From positions 1 to 64,000 of the forward strand of contig JBBDJA010000010.1 in the NCBI GenBank assembly GCA_040880105.1: a stretch of DNA of 64,000 nt, in the 5' to 3' direction. The notes below the pieces were generated by a model that did not search any database, was not told the DNA's origin, and was given only the letters and a program-made list of their open reading frames with translations. The translations under genes were made by a program, and so were the position numbers. Every line of letters begins with the position of its first letter. Position 1 is the stretch's first letter. This document shows, piece after piece, positions 60,328-64,000 of the stretch. The stretch is from Waddliaceae bacterium (lineage in GTDB: Bacteria; Chlamydiota; Chlamydiia; Chlamydiales; SLOH01).

Positions 60328-61457
60328 GCAGCTTCGATGCTTGCGACTTTATCTTTAAGTTTGCTTCGCAAGGTTTTGCATTTTTCAATACAGATCTTAC
60401 GTGAATCTGTATCTTCGTGAAGCTCTTCTAGATTTCGAAGAATATTTTTTGGACTCAAACCCTTTGCGATCAGTTCCGGAAATACAGAGTCTTCCATTAA
60501 AATATTGACAATACAGTAGTAGGGAAGGTTGAGTCTCAGGAAGTATTTAGCAATGAGTTTGTTGAACAGGTTTAACTTATACATGACAACAGATGGGCAC
60601 GAATGTAGCGCAAGTTCTAGAGTGACACTTCCGGACTTGGCAATTGCGCTCTTGCAATCTTTCATAAGTTCATAAGAGTACGATTTTGGAAGAAGAAATA
60701 TATTTTCATTAATGATTAAAGACTTTCCTTCGAGCATTTGATGCATTGAGGGAATGACTTGTTCGTGAGCGCATGAGATAGCAAAAACAGCATCCGGATA
60801 TTTCTTTTTGAATTGTTCAGCGGCTTTTAGTTGGTAGGGGAGATTACTTAACACTTCGCTACGCCTGCTTCCCGGAAAGAGACCGATTAGATGATCACTT
60901 TCTCTAATACCAAATAGACGCTTCCACTGAGGGTCATATGTGTGTTTTTCTACTATCTCTGCAATCGGGTTGCCCACATAAGTCACAGGAAGAGAGGTCT
61001 TTTCAAAAAGCTTTTTTTCAAATGGGAGGATAGTCAGTAAGTGGTCAAGGCAATGTTCCATTTTTTCAATTCTGCCCTTTCCCCATGCCCATACTGAGGG
61101 TGATACATACTGAATGACTTTCCCTTTATATCCACTGCGCTTTAATGCTGACGCAAGTCTTAAATTAAATCCGGGATAATCGATGAGAATGACAGCGTCC
61201 GGTTGAGTAAGAAGAATATGATCTTGAACTTGCTTGAGTCGCTTCACCATTTTTCTTAGCGATTTGATAAGGTCCGAAAACCCCATCACTTCAAAATCTT
61301 CAGCGCGCATTACGGCTTCTACACCATTATCTCGCATAGTTGCACCTGCGACGCCCTGCAGTACATGATTCGGGAATTTTTCTTTTAAAGAGAGAGCAAG
61401 CATCCCTCCTAGTAGATCACCGCTTTTTTCTCCGGCCATGATAAAAAGTGACTTCAT
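60303..61457 (-). CDS. lpxB: Lipid-A-disaccharide synthase
   Basis: AGEKSGDLLG, IDYPGFNL, YVSPSVWAW, LPFE, YVGNP, PGSRRSEV. Confidence 0.95.
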   Translation of the reverse strand: MKSLFIMAGEKSGDLLGGMLALSLKEKFPNHVLQGVAGATMRDNGVEAVMRAEDFEVMGFSDLIKSLRKMVKRLKQVQDHILLTQPDAVILIDYPGFNLRLASALKRSGYKGKVIQYVSPSVWAWGKGRIEKMEHCLDHLLTILPFEKKLFEKTSLPVTYVGNPIAEIVEKHTYDPQWKRLFGIRESDHLIGLFPGSRRSEVLSNLPYQLKAAEQFKKKYPDAVFAISCAHEQVIPSMHQMLEGKSLIINENIFLLPKSYSYELMKDCKSAIAKSGSVTLELALHSCPSVVMYKLNLFNKLIAKYFLRLNLPYYCIVNILMEDSVFPELIAKGLSPKNILRNLEELHEDTDSRKICIEKCKTLRSKLKDKVASIEAAQTIFELI

Positions 61458-62104
61458 GCGCTTTTCTCCCTTGAAAGTAAAATGAGATTGCGAGCATACG
61501 GCACAAGGCTAAGTAGAGGCCCAGTGACATTAATAAAATCTTGGATGTAGACAAAGTAGACGAGAGTTAAAATGCTACCAGCGCCGCTGATCCAAAAAAA
61601 TAGAGGGGTAAGCAGACTCGTTTGGTTTTTCTCCGCTTGCCACCATTGCACCCAGAAACGAGATGCAAAAAGAGTCATTCCAATGACCCCAAGCATGTGC
61701 CAAGGCCATCCGACTGCTCTGCTTGGTTGATGCCAAAGTGATGAGGGGATACGAAACCATTCAGTAGACGTCATCCAATAGATTCCCGTACAACATGATA
61801 ACGTTAAAAAAAGAAGGAAGATTGTCTGTTTAGCAGAGTATCGTTTGTCGCTCATCAAGTTAAGGTTGCGCCAAGAGATAAACGCGCCGCCGACCTGGGT
61901 TAAAAAAAGGTGAAACTGTAGTTGAATAAAGGCATGAATCATCAAAGAGAGGTTCCCTAAAATTGATAACTGCCAAAATCCTTTTGTGACATATGATTTT
62001 CCATTTGCCTCACTGAGGATCCATTGGTAAATCACGCGGCCGCCAAAGAGGATTTGCGCGCAAAGACCCAAAGGGTAGAGGACAACTCGAAGAGAATCAT
62101 CCAT
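61454..62104 (-). CDS. Lipid A biosynthesis N-terminal (LAB_N) domain membrane protein, two repeats
   Basis: Two repeats G..(Q/T)LF..R...QW..(S/A)E....S......FW..S..G. Confidence 0.85.
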   Translation of the reverse strand: MDDSLRVVLYPLGLCAQILFGGRVIYQWILSEANGKSYVTKGFWQLSILGNLSLMIHAFIQLQFHLFLTQVGGAFISWRNLNLMSDKRYSAKQTIFLLFLTLSCCTGIYWMTSTEWFRIPSSLWHQPSRAVGWPWHMLGVIGMTLFASRFWVQWWQAEKNQTSLLTPLFFWISGAGSILTLVYFVYIQDFINVTGPLLSLVPYARNLILLSREKSA

Positions 62105-62819
62105 TTTTGATCCGATAGTTAATCACGCGTTTGCGCATCCATCGAACGGCTAAAAGATCGGCGATTGTATTGAATGAACGGTTGAAGAAGTTGTACTTGG
62201 TTTGACCTTCTGTGCGCGGTCTGTGATTAACATCGACTTCTTTAATTGAAAATCCCTCAATAGAAAATAGCGCAGGTAGGAAACGGTGCATGCCGTTATA
62301 CATTTTTATCTTTTGTAAACAGCTCTTCTTGTAAATCTTTAGTGAACATCCCGTGTCCTTTACCGGATCTTCTAAAAGGTAGTTGCGAAGGGCGTTTGCA
62401 AGTTTTGAAGTGAGGCGTTTGACAAGAGTGTCTTTCCGTTTTTTTCGACGACCGCATACAAGATCATATCCCTTACCCTCATCAATTAACATCGGAATGT
62501 CCCGAGGATCGTTTTGGCGATCTCCATCTAGTGTGATGACATACTCTCCCTTTGCAGCCTCAAAACCTGCAGCAAACGCGCTTGACTGTCCGTAATTTTT
62601 GTTAAAGGCGATCACTTTTAAAAATGGTTTGTTCTTGGATAAATCTTTAAGAATAGGAAGGGTTTGATCCGTCGACCCATCATCAATACATATGAGTTCC
62701 CATGGCTTTTGAAGGCCGTTCATCACTTCTTCGACCTCTTGAATTAGCAAAGAAATGTTTCCCTCTTCATTTTTCAGGGGTATGACAATTGAATACAGAA
62801 GGCTCACCCTTCCCTCCAC
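62097..62819 (-). CDS. GT2 glycosyltransferase (ArnC/polyprenol-phosphate glycosyltransferase-like)
   Basis: IVIPLKNEEGN, IDDGSTD, NYGQSSA, TLDGDRQNDP, DTGCSLK, MHRFLPAL. Confidence 0.92.
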   Translation of the reverse strand: MEGRVSLLYSIVIPLKNEEGNISLLIQEVEEVMNGLQKPWELICIDDGSTDQTLPILKDLSKNKPFLKVIAFNKNYGQSSAFAAGFEAAKGEYVITLDGDRQNDPRDIPMLIDEGKGYDLVCGRRKKRKDTLVKRLTSKLANALRNYLLEDPVKDTGCSLKIYKKSCLQKIKMYNGMHRFLPALFSIEGFSIKEVDVNHRPRTEGQTKYNFFNRSFNTIADLLAVRWMRKRVINYRIKNG

Positions 62820-62886
62820 GGATTATAAGTAGAAAAGATCATAGCGGATAGGAAGATAAAAATTCAATGTGAGAGAGCGTTAAAAT

Positions 62887-63642
62887 TTAATCGATTAGTT
62901 TGTTTTTAAGCCAAGATGCGCCGTCGGAGAAAATTTTATCTGGAGTCCCATGCCCCTTAAAACCGATTGAGGGGTACATCACAAGTTCAATTTTTGGAGA
63001 GCGAATGCCGGAGTTAGCAGCGGCATTGATAACAGACAGTAAGCTTTCAATGCAGTGTTCTGTCCCTACACGTTCGTCTCGGTTCCCAATATAGTATTTG
63101 ATTTGTTTTGAGATCAGCTGGTCCTTCATAGCAACAACAGAAAATGGATCTTCTTTCAGAAAGTCAAAAGTTTGCAAAACTGTAAGATCTGTTACAGGGG
63201 CAAATCCAAGAATAAATGAGACCCTTGGTTCTTTAGCGGCAAGAGCTGAGGCGATATATCCTCCTCTTGATATCCCGGCAGTTGCCAGGCGCGCCGGATC
63301 TGTGTACCCTTGCTTGATAACAAAATCAATCGCTTCGAGACATTGCTCAATGAACGGTGAAATAAAGTTGCGCCCCTCTGATAGAGCCTCTGCCCATTTC
63401 TTCATTGATTTTGTGTGTGGAAGGTCATTTGTGTGATAAGGCAAAGTCAGAGAAAAAACGCGGCAATTATGGGAGGAAAGAAGTTTTGGAACTTTTGAGA
63501 ATGGAAGTAGATTTAAACTCTCCTCTCCTGTGAGAGCAAAATAAAAAAGTGTGGGGAGCGATCCTTGCGAAAGAGACGGGCCTAGGTGATAAAGGGTGGT
63601 TCCCGCCTCTGTTTTTAGAATATCAATTTCGCTATTTGTCAT
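62887..63642 (-). CDS. Alpha/beta-fold hydrolase
   Basis: Nucleophile elbow GISRGG, Asp in GNRDERV, His in FKGHGT. Confidence 0.85.
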   Translation of the reverse strand: MTNSEIDILKTEAGTTLYHLGPSLSQGSLPTLFYFALTGEESLNLLPFSKVPKLLSSHNCRVFSLTLPYHTNDLPHTKSMKKWAEALSEGRNFISPFIEQCLEAIDFVIKQGYTDPARLATAGISRGGYIASALAAKEPRVSFILGFAPVTDLTVLQTFDFLKEDPFSVVAMKDQLISKQIKYYIGNRDERVGTEHCIESLLSVINAAANSGIRSPKIELVMYPSIGFKGHGTPDKIFSDGASWLKNKLID

Positions 63643-64000
63643 GCTTTAGGTTTAGGCGGCGGATGTTTCTTCCTTTTATGGATTTGTGTATTCTTATGAT
63701 GAAAATTTTTCCAGGAATCGTAGTCGTCTTGTAGTTCTCGGTTAGCTAATGCTCGGACTTTTAAAAATTGCAGAGCATCGACAAACTCGCGATTGGTTAA
63801 CATTTTTTTGCGCATATTGCGTTTTTTTGAAATAGGAGTCAACTTATATTGCGTGGATAGAATATAGCTGACTTGAGCTGCCATACGTCTTGGAAAATGA
63901 GAGAAGGTGCTGCTCACAACATCGCGAATTAGTGAGGAGATTTCAAGAATCACATCCCCAAGCGTCGGATGCTCTATCTTTTCCAGTTGTAATTCAAGCA
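63639..64000 (-). CDS. C-terminal part of a hypothetical protein truncated at the window edge
   Basis: Frame stays open from 63953 to the edge (LELQLEKIEHPTLGDVILEIS...); stop overlaps the hydrolase start (ATGA). Confidence 0.65.
   Translation of the reverse strand, partial: LELQLEKIEHPTLGDVILEISSLIRDVVSSTFSHFPRRMAAQVSYILSTQYKLTPISKKRNMRKKMLTNREFVDALQFLKVRALANRELQDDYDSWKNFHHKNTQIHKRKKHPPPKPKA

Overview
Core-chromosome segment of a Chlamydiota bacterium, most likely a non-Chlamydiaceae 'environmental' lineage. The assignment rests on conserved chlamydial gene order: ychF divergent from sctU-sctV-(copN); infA-tRNA-Thr-tuf-tRNA-Trp-secE-nusG-rplKAJL-rpoBC; tal, a divergent secreted protein and the V/A-type ATPase operon E-C-A-B-D-I-K; yceD-rpmF-plsX; and lpxB. 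Four tRNAs are present. I see no transposase, integrase, phage or cas gene. The main accessory signals are: (1) a two-gene unit encoding an outer-membrane beta-barrel and an exported, catalytically intact, algal/cyanobacterial-type vanadium haloperoxidase; (2) three tandem small paralogs with a signal peptide, a G-x-x-Y motif, a C-terminal TM helix and a His-containing tail, inserted after rpoC; (3) a family of ~160-255 bp dispersed palindromic elements whose terminal stems diverge in sequence but keep base pairing, with short relatives acting as apparent terminators; (4) a degenerate ~50-bp x4 array next to the tRNA-Met pair; (5) a gene-end duplication with synonymous changes, a perfect 56-bp tandem duplication, and a 16-bp direct repeat bracketing a GH15 gene. 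All protein calls come from motif recognition and synteny, not database searches.
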